The translations under genes were made by a program, and so were the position numbers. A model generated the notes under the pieces. It ran no database searches and was not told the origin of the DNA. It was given only the letters and a program-made list of their open reading frames with translations. A DNA stretch of 64,000 nt from Cystobasidiomycetes sp. EMM_F5 (Eukaryota): NCBI GenBank assembly GCA_051047955.1, contig JBPGPT010000025.1, positions 62,001 through 126,000 on the forward strand. The letters are read 5' to 3'. Positions 38,566 to 50,969 of this stretch are shown here, one piece after another; positions within the stretch are counted from its first letter, which is position 1; each line of letters begins with the position of its first letter.

Positions 38566-40248
38566 CTACGCGATCCGTGCCAGACTGGATCGATACATAG
38601 AGAGACTCCGTTTGTAGAGGGATTCTCGGAATGCTGCGAAATCTTCTGGCGAGCGTACCCAATCGTCCGGCGAACCACGCCTCAATTGCGTGATCATCTG
38701 CATCTCAGATACGCCCGGTGGTCGGTGAATCGTAACGCGTCCGTCTAGATAATCGTACGCGTCGAGCAGTTCGTCCGAAGCAAGAACAGGGACGTCAGCC
38801 AGCAAAGCCGCTGCAACGCTGGAGCTCTGCAAGATGAGAAATATTAGAGGAGTGAACAAGACAGTATCGTAAAAAATGACGTACAGCCTTGTCGACCAAG
38901 TACGTATCCGTAGCAAAAGCAGGGATGACAATGTCCTGGTCCGCTATCGCTTGATAAAAGTCGGCATACATTTCTTCCATCCCTCGGCGCACGACATGAA
39001 TGAGAGCTTGCGGCGTAAAGACTTCATGCCGATCCAGGCCCAATAGGGTGAGCTGGAAGCGATCGGTGCAGTCCGGCAATGGCAGGAAGGTCGTTCCATT
39101 CTCGCTCAGGTAGTATCCAAACAGTTCCGGATCGTCTGTGAGGAACACCAGTAGATCAGTATTGGAGTCCGAGATATAGGCTGTAACTGTGAAACCGACT
39201 TCGAATTTCACGCTCCAAAGCTGCGTATGTACCAGTGTAGTCTCGTCGACCATGCTCAATGTTGCCTTGGATGATGGCTCGACTGAGACGTGGTTTGTGT
39301 TCGGGCTTTTTCAGCTGTCCAACAGGGAAGACCGGGGGCAAGAAGTTGTATGCCGTCCGATCAGCAGGTGATCCTAGACGATTCGAGTTTGGCGAGCTTT
39401 GTTGAATGCCGGAGACGCGCCTCTTTACGGCATCGACAACGCTAGATGGTTGGACGGCCTCACATGTTAGTCTGAAGAGCAAATGCCCGATGGGGCAGCG
39501 AGTACGTACTGTGGGGAGAGGACATAAAAGTCTATTGCATTCCTCGAGGTCAGGTCTGACCAGATTGTTTGCCAATCCTCGCCATTTGGATCGATCTTGT
39601 AGGCCTCGTGCAGTACGCAACCGATCCTGAATTTGTGAGTGCGCTTTTCCCAACTATCCAAGATGTCCTTTCCTCTTCGTTCCAAGGTATAGTCGCACGA
39701 GGTGAGGACAAGCAGGTCTATTCTTGTAGCGGGATCCGACTCCTCGGCCAAATCAGCGGGCAAAGTTTCCCACCATTGGGCTTGTTGATGGAAGAACGGA
39801 TCGATGAGCTTGTCAAACTGCCATCGGAAGTTGTTTCTGTACAGCGAGATGCTGACCTCCGGCATGCGAGTGAGCGAGTGCAAAATCGCGCCGAGAACTG
39901 CGGGGACGGTACGGAGTGTCAAACTAATACAATGGAGCAATCACTAGACTTCTACTGACCTTCGTCATGATAGCCAGCATACTCAGATACGGCCACATTG
40001 AACTTTCGTAATGGGCTTGCCCGCCCCGAAAATGCTTTCGCCCACGCATGTCTGGGCAGATTTGTAATGCGTGCCAGTGAGGGCCGTACACTAGCGCTGA
40101 AAGTGTTACTGATAGGATGAGTAACACTTTGGACTTTTGGGGAGCCGATGAGATGTCCGGTGCCGTAGACCAATGAGCAGATCGCAAGTAGCCATATTGC
40201 CATGAAAGACCTTGTCGACGTTCCACGATGCTTCGAGTATCTACGCAT
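38566..40248 (-). CDS. Uncharacterised type II membrane protein, putative GT-B glycosyltransferase
   Basis: TM FMAIWLLAICSLVYG; EYAGYHDE|VLGAILHSL; IDLLVLTSC; CVLHE; FYVLSP; AIIQGNIEHGRRDY; DFYQAIADQDIVIPAF...KA|SSSVAAALLADVPVL, a GT-B-like C-terminal signature. Confidence 0.65.
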
Positions 40249-41190
40249 ATTGAGGCGTCGCAGACGTTTTCCAAGACGGTGTACTGTGTGAGAAGAAATG
40301 TTTACCAAAGGCAAGCGTGCAGCCTTTGGCCAGTAGCATAATGGCGCGAGCTCGTCGCGCTCGAAGTAGCCCACCATTGTTCAGGTGGGAGGAAGGGAGA
40401 GTCTAGGGAGAGTCTAAGGGCACTGCCCCCTGTATGAAAAGTTCGTCGCTGCGAAGCCATACTATAGCACGAGTCCGAGGACGGACAGCTTTAGTTATGC
40501 TTTGCCGTCCGCGGTAGGATGTAGTTTGCGCGTCGGCAGAGCAGGAGGGCGGCGCAGAATAGATGTCAGCCAAATGCGTCCAGACTAAGCGTGTTCTTGG
40601 TATGGATGTAACTGTCATGCAATTCCACGCAATAAAGAAAGTGGACCCGCATGGCGATGACCTGCCACAAGGGTGTAAATTGCAACTACCGGCACAGCCA
40701 AAATCGGCGTTAGCGAGGTTAGTGTTTGTAGCGAGGGAGCGAGTGCAGCAGTGTCCTATTAGTGTAGACGTAAGTATAATGAACTTGTACAGGTGTATTG
40801 AGCCCGCTATTGTCCGCTATTAACGGTGTAATGAACGGGTGTCGATTTGAAGTGGAAAACGCAGCTGGCGGAATAAACGAGCAGCTCGAGGATATGGCCA
40901 AGTATCAGCTGCACAGCGGCCTGTTAGTGAGCTGTAGCTCGAGTGAGCTGGGCCTCGCGTGGGGTTGCAGTTGAAAGAAATGTCGCGGAAGCAACGGGCC
41001 CGTCGGAGAATGATAGAAGCAAAGAGCAGGTTGCAAACAGAACCAGTCGATACATTACAGCAACTAATGTCCACTATACACTCTAAAACACTGATATGAT
41101 ACACTTGAGCGTCTAAACTACGGACGACTTGTACCCGCTATTCTTCGAAGTGTCGTCATGGATACATGAAAGATTACACACGCTCGCACG

Positions 41191-44100
41191 TCACGGCAGG
41201 TAACCCATCCCTGGCAGGGAGGTGCCAGGTGTAGAGGTCGAGATAGCTGCATTGTAGGCCTGAATCTCTGCAAGGCCCGCAACATAGATACCAGTAGCCA
41301 TAGTGGAGACGGTAAATCTAAGAGAAGTCGTAGTCTTGCCAGAAGATCCGAGACTGATAACGGTCCCCTGTTGAGACACAGCCGGCACTTGAATTGTACT
41401 GCCATCGGAGAAAGTCAGGTAGCCCGTCTTGATGCCGCCGCTAGTACCCTGTCGGTCATATAGAACGACGGATTGCATGGAGTAGCTAGAGGGAAAGGTC
41501 AATTGCACCCCTGCAAGTGTATTAAAGAGTGAGTAACCTGAAAGCGGAGATAGTGGTCACATCGACTCACATGCGCCCACACCTCCAATGCCGAAAACAG
41601 CCCATTCGCCTGTACCGCTGCGGATGACACCATCGTTGACACCACTTGCAGGTGCTCCGCTTCCGCTCGAAGAAGCAGACGCAGTACCGCGTCTGGCTAG
41701 ATTTGATGTCGCTGCTGGCGCTACTGAGCTGCTAGTTGTGCTGGAGGGGGAGGTGGATGTCGTTGATGGTCGTGAAGATGTGGAGGTTGTTGATGTCGTT
41801 GTTGGACGCATTGATGTGGAGGAAGCCGTTGTAGAGGGTGATTTTGTGGAGGAAACGCTGCTGCCGCTGCTTGCACTTGAAGGTGTCGTGCTAGTTGAGC
41901 TAGACGTGCTGGTAGGTGTACTTGCCGTGGAGGGCACAGAGGACGGCAGGGCTGACGTCGATATAGTCGAGGTGCTCAGTATAGCAGGAGCAGTCGAGCC
42001 GGAGCTTAAACTCGACGTTACGGCGGGTAACGAAGTCGACGAGCGGACGCTGGTGGCAAAACCTGAAGAAGTTGTGGAAGGTATGACTGGCAAAGTACTG
42101 CCAGTCGATGTATTCTGAGACACTTGCATACTAGTCGGCGCAATACTCGATGAGTTTTGAATCGAAGGTACTGTGGTATTGGCAGCAATGCTCCAGCTAG
42201 ATGTTACAGTCGCAGTAAAGTTGCTGATAACGCTCGTAGTCCTGTTAGCAAACGGTGGCGCAGTCGAGTTGGCCATGCTGTACGTAGATGTGATTGTTGC
42301 CGTAGCAGTAGTACTCGAATTAGAGACTGACAATGTGGTAGCATTCGGGAAAGTAGTATTCGAGGTGATCGTAGTCGTAGAGTTAGCCAGACCGGTAGGC
42401 AAGGAGGTGGTGTTTGTTGGCAGACTTGTAGGTGATGAGGTATTGGCAGTGGCCGTTGCATTATTCGCCAAAGTGTTATTGATGGCGGCAGGTAAAGCTC
42501 TGAGAAATCGTGCAAGTTGTATGATATTGTTAGCGCTGTGAGCCTTAGCTACAGCTATAGAAATCCAACGTACGGCGTATAGGTTCCCATGACAACTAGC
42601 TCACTTAATCCAATATTATTAGAACTGGACGAAACAGAGTTGACGGTAAAGCGCAAAGATGTCGTGGTGATGTTGCCAGGCAAGGCGACAGGCGTAGCTG
42701 AACCGTCGTTGGCCAGTGTACCGACAGGCACAGACTGACCATTGCTGAATGTCATTGTTCCGCTAGTAATTTGATCCTGATATCAATCGGCAGCGTCTCA
42801 GTCAGTCCGTGTATCACAAGCGCTTAGACCAGTGACTCACATATGGATTCGGCCGATCGTACGCGATGACGCTTGATACGACCACGCTTTGATTCCAGGT
42901 GAGTAGAAGGTAGGCTCCGGCTCCCTGCTTGTTGGTTGCCCATTCGACTGTATAATTACCCGGATAGCCGCCGAGTACACCATCGGTAGCCTTCTCTGCG
43001 CCTTGATCGACAGAGCTAGAGCTGGCAGACGCGGCCGCTAATCTCGCTAGGTCGCCATAGAAGATCGGGGTGGATGTGCTATTGGTGTTACTGGTACTGT
43101 TAGTGGTGCTGCCAGTGGTGCTGTTGGTAGTCGAGTTGCTGCTAGGCGCAGGAAGCGTGCTATTTGTAGACGCACTGCGAAGCCGGGCGCTAGGAGTTAG
43201 TATGTAATTTTGTCTCCTCACGCTATGGCTCCAACAAATTACCTTGTAAATGTGCCCATCACCACCAACTCGCTCAGACCAACATTTTGCGTTGACGACG
43301 AGACGGAATTGACCGCAAAGCGCAAGGACGATGTGGTGATATTGCCTGGCAAAGCTACTGGGGTGGCGGATCCATCGTTTGCTAAAGAACCGACTGGGAT
43401 GCTTTGCCCATTGCTAAATGTGATGGTACCGCTGGTCACTTGATCCTGGAATTGACAAAGGTCAGCAGGTCAAACTATGCAAAGATTGCGTTCCGACAAC
43501 TCGCCAGTTGATTGGGCCTATCATACGCAGATATGCTTGAAATTACCACGCTCTGGTTCCAGGAGAGCAAAAGATAAGCGCCAGCACCTTCTTTCTGTGA
43601 CGCCCATTCTAGTGTGTAATTCCCCGGATACCCGCCTATTTGGCCATCAATCGCCTTTTGAGCACCTTGATCCGGGCTGCTCGAACTAGCGGAGGCGGAA
43701 GCGAGTAACGCCAAGTCACCATAGAATACAGGCACGGACGGGCTTGTACTGTTGCTAGTCGTCGTACTGTTACCAGTGGTAGTTCCGTTGACATATGTAC
43801 CATTGTTGGCGGTCCCATTATTTACCAGGCTGAGTACAGTAGCTAATAAGCTTCACATCATCAGAAGATCGAACCTCGAGCGCTTGCCTGACAAAAGAAC
43901 CCATAACCACCAACTCGCTCAAGCCAACATTTTCGGTCGTAGAGGAGACCGAATTAACGGCGAAACGCATAGATTTCGTTGTAACATTTGGGGGGAAGAT
44001 AATCGGCGTGGCAGACCCGTCGTTATTGAGCTGGCCGACTGCTACTGTCTGCCCATTGTCAAGAATGAGACTGCCGCTGAGGACCTGATCCTGCAGACGT

Positions 44101-46120
44101 TCAATGCTGGTACATCAGTAATGCATTCAGACAATCTTTGGCCTCTGACTTGCCAGATTGTTAGGCCTGTCGTAGGCAGTGACGGAGGAAATGGACACGC
44201 TTTGATTCCACGTTAATTGGACCCACGCTCCAGCACCCTGCTTGCTGCTCGCCCATTCTTGAGTATAATTTCCAGGATATCCACCGATGAGACCATCGTT
44301 CACTTTTGCGGCACCCTGACCGTCTCCAGCGGAGCTCGCTGACGCGGCAGCATACAGAGCGATATCGCCATACCAAGCCGGAACAACAGAGCTGGTCGAG
44401 CTGTTAGTAGTAGGATTAGTGCCGGTACCGCTCGATCCGCCAGTACCGATAGGCGAGCCCGTGCTATTGGTTGTGGGTGTGCTTGCATTACCAGCTATGG
44501 TACCAATAACCACAATTTCCGATAGTCCAATGTTGTAAGTATTGCTGCTAACTGATCCAACAGTGAAACGAAGGGACGAGGTAGTTTTGTTGCCCACGTT
44601 GATGGAGAACCCAGTCTGTCCATCGTTCGGCAGAGTGCCAACCGCTACCGACGACCCATCGTCAAATGTCAAGGTTCCAGACGTGACTTGGTCCTGTGCA
44701 GTAAAACCATTTCAATCACGTAGGCATCAGTCATTATAATCAGTAGGGCTTACATCAGGATTCGGGCGATCGTATAGTGTGATGAAGTTGACTGCTACGG
44801 GTTGCGACCAGTTAAGATTCAGCCACGCTCCAGCGCCTTGATGGTTGGACGACCATTCCTTGCTCGGATCGCCTCCGGCATTGGTAAAGCCGCCGATAAC
44901 AGCGTCAATAGCAGCAGATGCTGGTTGGCCTTGTGCTGCCGAGCTTGCTGTTGCAGTTGCCAGCAATGCCAGATCGTTACTCCAGGATGAATGGGGTACG
45001 GTTGTCGAATTGTTGGAATCGCTGTCAATGACACTTCCGGTCAGTACTTGTGCAGGGAAAATACGGTGATCTATGCGCGAGGGCAACCTACTTGCTGACA
45101 TAGGAGCCCAGCACAACCAGTTCGCTCAATCCAATACTTGTCGTTGATGACGAAACTGAAGTGACTGTCAAGCGTAAAGATGTTGCTGTGATGTTGGAAG
45201 GCAGATTGACCGAAGTAGCCGAGCCATCTTGTATGAGGGGTCCAGTTGAAAACGTTTGACCAGTGTTCAGCTTTATTGTAGCACCTGTAATCTGATTCTG
45301 GTGACACGTGGATAGTCAGTCGTGTTGACGAATGCCGCTTTGTAAGCTCGCTTACTACTGTGCTCGGGCGGTCGTAAGCCAAAATGTTGGATATCTGTAC
45401 GGCTGAAGGCCAGCTCAGCTCTATCCAAGCACCCACTCCTTCACCATTTGTAATCCACTCGACTGTAGGATCTCCGCCAGTTGCATTTTGACCTCCAAGC
45501 TGTCCATCGATGGCCTTCTCGGGTCCAGATCCAGCAATTGATGAACTAGCCTTGGCAGATGCCAAAAGGGCAATGTCATTCACCCATAAGAAAGATGTAC
45601 TGGAATTTCCAGTAGAATTAGGCATCGTCGCATTGGCTAGGGTTCCGAGTACTGCAACTTCGGCTAGACCGATATTCACAGTTTTGGCAGACACCTTGTT
45701 GAAATTGACTTTGATGGATGCGGTTGTCTTGTTACCGATCGGAATAGAGTATGCACCCGCTGAGTTGGGCAGTTGTCCGAAGGCTATGATGGAGGCGTCG
45801 TCGAATGCGACTGTGCCACCCACAGCGTTGTCCTGCAGATGCAAATTCAATCACGAGGAGTGCACGCAAAACTCAGAGATAAGGCTCTTACATTCAGATT
45901 TGGCCGATCGTACAGAATAATGTCCGTGATGCTGATCGGAGCAGGCCAGCTCATTTGCAGCCACGCCCCTACGCCTTGACCGTTAGACGCCCATTCTTTT
46001 GATGCGTCTCCTCCGATCCCCCCATACCCATCGACCACACCGTCTATCGTAGCTTTCGCCAATGAGCCCGTTGTTTCGGAGCTTGCGCTTATCGAAGAAT
46101 TCATGGCAATATCATTTGCA
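41191..46120 (-). repeat. Seven intragenic domain repeats: approx. 46120-45640, 45590-45095, 44990-44500, 44375-43890, 43730-43243, 43065-42573, 41705-41250
   Basis: Aligned by eye from the translated exons; repeats 4-6 are most similar (GGYPGNYT.EW; GSATPVALPGNITT.SLRF in 5 and 6). Confidence 0.85.
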
Positions 46121-47154
46121 GCGGACCAGGCGGGAGCAACGTTGGTTGAGAATGTTTGAGCAAGCTGTGGAGATGTCATGTACTGCCTTGCGAACCAGAG
46201 AGACTCCTGCTGCGACGAGCACGCAGACGCGCTTTGACACTCGTTTGAGTCGTAAGGGGTGTAAGCAAAGAATGTTGCAGATTTGGCCTGCGTCTGCGCA
46301 CTGCTGAGTGTAGCAGGAAAATTATCTAGTAGAAAACGGCCGCTTCAGATTGAATAGCTTGATCAAGGAGAATTGAAATCATCCTACTTATCGTATAGCC
46401 CATGAATCCTTCTAGTGAAGCAGACCCAGCGTACGTACCAACTAATTCTTGCGTGATGCGGCCAGTCGTCAAATGATCCGTGTGATCGCCACAGCCGTAG
46501 GAGCTAAGATAGTCGAGCGTGACCACATCTGAAGGCTTAGCGGCGGACATGACTGCAGCAATGGATTGTTTGAGAGCTGCGAGGGTATAGGTATTGCTGC
46601 CATCGAGACTGGTGACGGAGGACACGCCGCCTGTATACAGATTATACAGCGATTGAGAGCCAGTGAAGCCGCTTCCATCGACGTTTCCGTCCGGTATTCG
46701 AAGGTAGATATTTTGGATCCTAGGGGACGCGTTGAGGACTGAAATGACGGCATTCGCACTCCCCAATTGTATTGTCGAGCGGGCTGCGAAGGCGGATTAT
46801 TTCATCGTAAAAGTCAGCTTCCGGGCCCTCTTAGGCTAGTGTTGCAAGCCTTTACTCACTCCAAGCGTTTGTCACGCCGGCCATCTGGGCTTTAGCAGCC
46901 TCGTTGCCCTGTTCGCGACTTTGCGTATACGACATCCCTCTCCCCGCATCTCCAGCGACCAGGATAAGTGTCGTGAAGCAACCCGACTGAACGCGAGGAG
47001 CGATATATGGCGATTGGAAGAGAATGTCATCGTCCGCGTGTGCGACTATCGAGAGCGTTCCGCCGATACATGCCAGACTGGCAGCTTCTAGCCCTACGAA
47101 GGCGGTTGTTGCGAGGGTGAGCGATTGCAAGCAGATCCGAGTTGACCACTTCAT
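41191..47154 (-). CDS. Large secreted PIG-L/LmbE-family (CE14-like) de-N-acetylase with seven galactose-binding-like (F5/8C/CBM32-like) repeats and a Ser/Thr-rich stalk
   Basis: Signal peptide MKWSTRICLQSLTLATTAFVGLEA; PIG-L motifs SIVAHADDD, LVAGDAG, SREQG, LRIPDG, DHTDH; then ~130 aa repeats (D(L/I)A..A.ASASS...AIDG..GG.....EW....G.GAW..L.W......YDRPN|DQ..SG...F..G...L.NDG...GLSE..V.G). Confidence 0.85.
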
Positions 47155-48815
47155 TTCGAAAGACTGCCGGAGAGGAAACGTCTGTGTGTAGCTTGCTAGA
47201 TGGCGATTGTTTGTCTTAGCAGCGGGTCATTAATCGTCATTCAAACGCAGGTTTCAGTCATCAGTTTCAGACAAGGTAAGCAGTGAGCGGGCACAAGTCT
47301 CGTCAGGAGTTCAGCAGACTTTACTCCTTGCATTGTCAGGCCCATCAGGGCAGCCGCACTAATCTTTTTTTTGTTGGCCTTGCACAGCCAGACCGCACCA
47401 TCCTGGGCTACGCCGAGCCGGTTTTATCGCACCTGAAGACCTGCACGCAAGCTCTGGGTGCTGCCCAGTATAGCGCAGCTTGCTAGCCGCTTCATGTAGG
47501 GCAACCGCGGCACCTTGTGGGCGGCATGGTCAAATGCGTCCGAATGGGGGTATGCGTGGTTCGGATTTGTGTCCGGCGAAGAAATATAGAAGCAAGTTTT
47601 TAAAGTATACTGCAAGCGGATACGGATACGAAGGTTCTCGCATGCAGGCTACGAGTATAGTAGCATTGCTGTATAGACGACGCCGTGGTTGTTGGGCTAT
47701 TTTACATATAATCCTGCGAGTTTCTCCGCTCGCCAACGCCAACCAACACCTTCATGCTGACTCGTACGACCAGTATTTTCCCTTCACGTACCGCCAACAA
47801 GGGGCTTGCCGCATCATCGTGATGTGATCCTGTATTTTTCTCGCTTTACCGCTGTTATTTTTATGTTTGTTTGAGCCTTTAAAGAGTAACAAAAGACCAG
47901 AAAGGATGCCGTAGTCAGCAAGAACGCAGTTGGGTTCAATCTCCCTCATTCAAGGGACAAGCTGCTTCCATGCCGACGGAGGATGCAAATTCAGCTATGC
48001 AAGTGTCACGCTGGCGCTTCACTTTTATCAGTTCTACGGACGGTCTACAGACTGGTAATGGAGGGCACCTGGTATTCGACACGACGCAAGGCATGAGTCC
48101 ATCAGTCACTTTGGCTTCTCGTTTGTCAGAGTTAGCAAATTCACAAACAGCCCAGTGTCTTCGTCATAGCATGGCTGTTGGACTTGCGGAATCCATCAAT
48201 ATGTAAAGTAGTAAACAGAGGCCTAGCCTCGATGCAAAGACGCTGTCATAGTGGGGATAGTCTCTTCATGTTCACTGACCGTAGCATGGATATTGGGAAT
48301 AATACCCAGAAATGCGGGGCGCAAATCCTCGAAGCGCCCAGTCATGAACAGCGTTCAAAAAACACGTATAGTGAGTGATACGCAGCGTGTATGCCGGTCC
48401 GGGATACTGCAAACATAGAGACTACAAGGTTGACGCGCCTATATTGCATATCGCCGGATGCAGAATTTTCGAGTTTTTGCATTGCCCAATGTGGATACAT
48501 TAGGCGGTACAGCTCATAGCGCCGACATTGCCCTGCAGATAGTCACTAGGTCGGCTATGGTCAGTCTCACGTCGTGCAAACGCGCAGCGACTAGGCTGGT
48601 TGCCATTCAAGCGTATGCGGGATTGGCTCTGCAGCGAAGGTCTGGGTCAGGGTGACAGTATCGTGGCTTCAAGATTCCAGCCAGAAGGCTTTCCAGTATC
48701 GCAGAATTTAAGCACGCAGTGCTCTTCGCTACTACGTTGGCTGCGGTAGTCCTCGTCAAGATCCCTTCTCCATACGTTTCCCAAGGATACTCGGATCCGG
48801 TTGGAGCATATCAAA

Positions 48816-50023
48816 ATGGCAAGATATACTCCAATGCATAACTACGCGAATGGACAGCCAGAAGGTCGTAAACTACACCGGCATTCCCTTGTCATCATCC
48901 TTGCAGCCCTGGTACTGCTCTTGTTGGTCACAGGCTGCTTCCAGCCTAAAGCCATCTCCACGTTTGCCGAAACGCGTGCCAAAACGCATGCAGCGGGTCT
49001 AGCTAGCAAAGACCAGTCTAAGAATGCGTACGCGCAGTATGTAACCAACTCGTGAGTCCCAGCGTTTGTTTGCAGAGGAAATATCATCAAGACTGACAGC
49101 CTATTCGACAGGGTATACCTCTGCAACGCAATAGTCATGTTTACGCGTCTGCTACGATACGGAACAACCGCGCAATTGGCTCTGATGTACCCGAGAGAGT
49201 GGGACATCCTATCAGACGTAAATACTTTCCATCTGATGCGTTGAAGAAGCAGTCTGACCCGTATCGCATCTTGCAGAAAACCGATGAATCCCAACAGATA
49301 TCGCTTCTGATGGGTAAAGCGCGTGATATGGGGGTCCACTTCTACCCATTCGATGACATCTCTACGCCGGAAGCATTGTACTTCTACCTTCATGTCAACA
49401 ACAAGTTCAACGTGATGAACCTTACCCGTTACGACAGGGTCATCTACTTCGATTCGGATGCTCTACTCTACAAAAGTCTAGACAACTACTTTGACCTCCC
49501 TTCGTCTCCGCTTGCATTGACGCGAGCGTATTGGTACCCTCAGCCAAACTATATGACCTCTGCATTCATGGTCATTGAACCGTCCGAATTCCTCTTCAAC
49601 GCGGCGCTCTCTCGGCTACCCGGCGGAGCGGCGTTCAAAGAGGGAGTTGTCGAGGATATGGACATCATTCAGCATATGGCCGACGGATACGCTATGCTCA
49701 TACCGCATCGCCATCTGTTCCTTTTGTCAATGGAATTCCGTGATGGGCTAGGTGATTCGACGCACTCTAGATACCTGCGGAGTGCACAGTCTGGGCAAGA
49801 ATGGGATCCTGTTGAGGAATACAAACACGCAGGCATCATTCACTGGTCGGAGGGCGGGCCGAAGCCGTGGGAAGGCCGGTATCGCATGGATCCTCTGTGT
49901 GCGGGGCGGACGGACGCTGGATGCACAGTGTGGCGAAGTATTCTTGACGAATACTATGCAGAGACGGAGCAGATATGTCAGGTAGTCTATGCTGACCGGA
50001 CGGCCGAGCAGTTACGGACATAG
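48816..50023 (+). CDS. GT8 glycosyltransferase, GNT1-like (alpha-N-acetylglucosaminyltransferase-like)
   Basis: TM LVIILAALVLLLLVTG; AYAQYVTN|.YLCNAIVMF..L...ALMYP; KFNVMNLTRYDRVIYFDSDA; ALTRAYW; MVIEPS; DMDII; IHWSEGGPKPW. Confidence 0.85.
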
Positions 50024-50969
50024 TCGACCTGTCCCTCAGACAGTTTTCACGTACGGTCGTCGGGAAGTGCAGAAATACCCTCTGCAGCAGTGAAGCCTCA
50101 CATTCGTGAGATGTAGAAACATCCGAGGTTCGATAAGCCCCGCTTGTGATAACATTCGGCGTGTCACTCTCTTGATGCTTTTCAGCCACTTGACCGTTAA
50201 CGGGTCGGGAGGTGTTTTTGACAAGGCTTATGCAAAGGGAAATGTGTGTTGCCACACGCCAATTTTGAAATCAAATAGGTCGCGGAGAGAAAGTTTTCTT
50301 CAGCAGGAGATGGCATTCAAGCTCGAAATGTGGAAGGATGGCTGTAGTGATGTTTACTCTACACCCTCTGGCCGTGTATTGTTAATCCTCGTCGCCTTTG
50401 GTCAATAGGATGTTGTTCAGGCCGCGTAAAGCAGAGCCCGGGATTGAATGCACCCTATCAGTGAAATTCGGAGCCTGCCATGCCTGCACCCGCACAGATA
50501 GTTGCGCTACGATGACAGATTATGCCGCTTTCTGAAAGCTGCTCGCTCTTCCTGGACGACCTGTTGCGACTTGGTGAATTGTCGGAGATTGACGGGACAT
50601 TGAAGCCGTGAAAGGAAAGCACTCGCACTACGCAAACAAGAAGGCAGAGCAGCTCCTCCACAGAGTCCGCGATGGTACAATCATCAATTGCTGGTCCAAA
50701 TAGCACTTCCTATTGTCAGCGAAAGAAGCGGGTCTGTGCGAAGAATGGGAGTGCGGAATACGCTTCTGACCGCAACAATGGAGGCAGTGCTCGGGCATTG
50801 TACAGCATGTCGCTGGATGAGCCAGCACGCTGCAATGCTGACGACTGACCTGTCCATTCTCGTAAACTAACCCTGCTGACGCCGCATGGCCAGCAAGAGC
50901 TGACTGGCTCTCGTTGGCTGATCCGTCGTGGAAGCGAGGCGCAGCACAGATAGTTGAATTCCTCCAACG

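Noticed and set aside
41588..42541. Val/Glu/Leu-rich + strand ORFs
   Set aside because: Antisense of the Ser/Thr stalk of the deacetylase gene.
42573..46120. Regularly spaced repeats considered as a CRISPR-like or transposon array
   Set aside because: Degenerate protein-domain repeats within a spliced eukaryotic gene; no identical direct repeats, cas genes or transposase.
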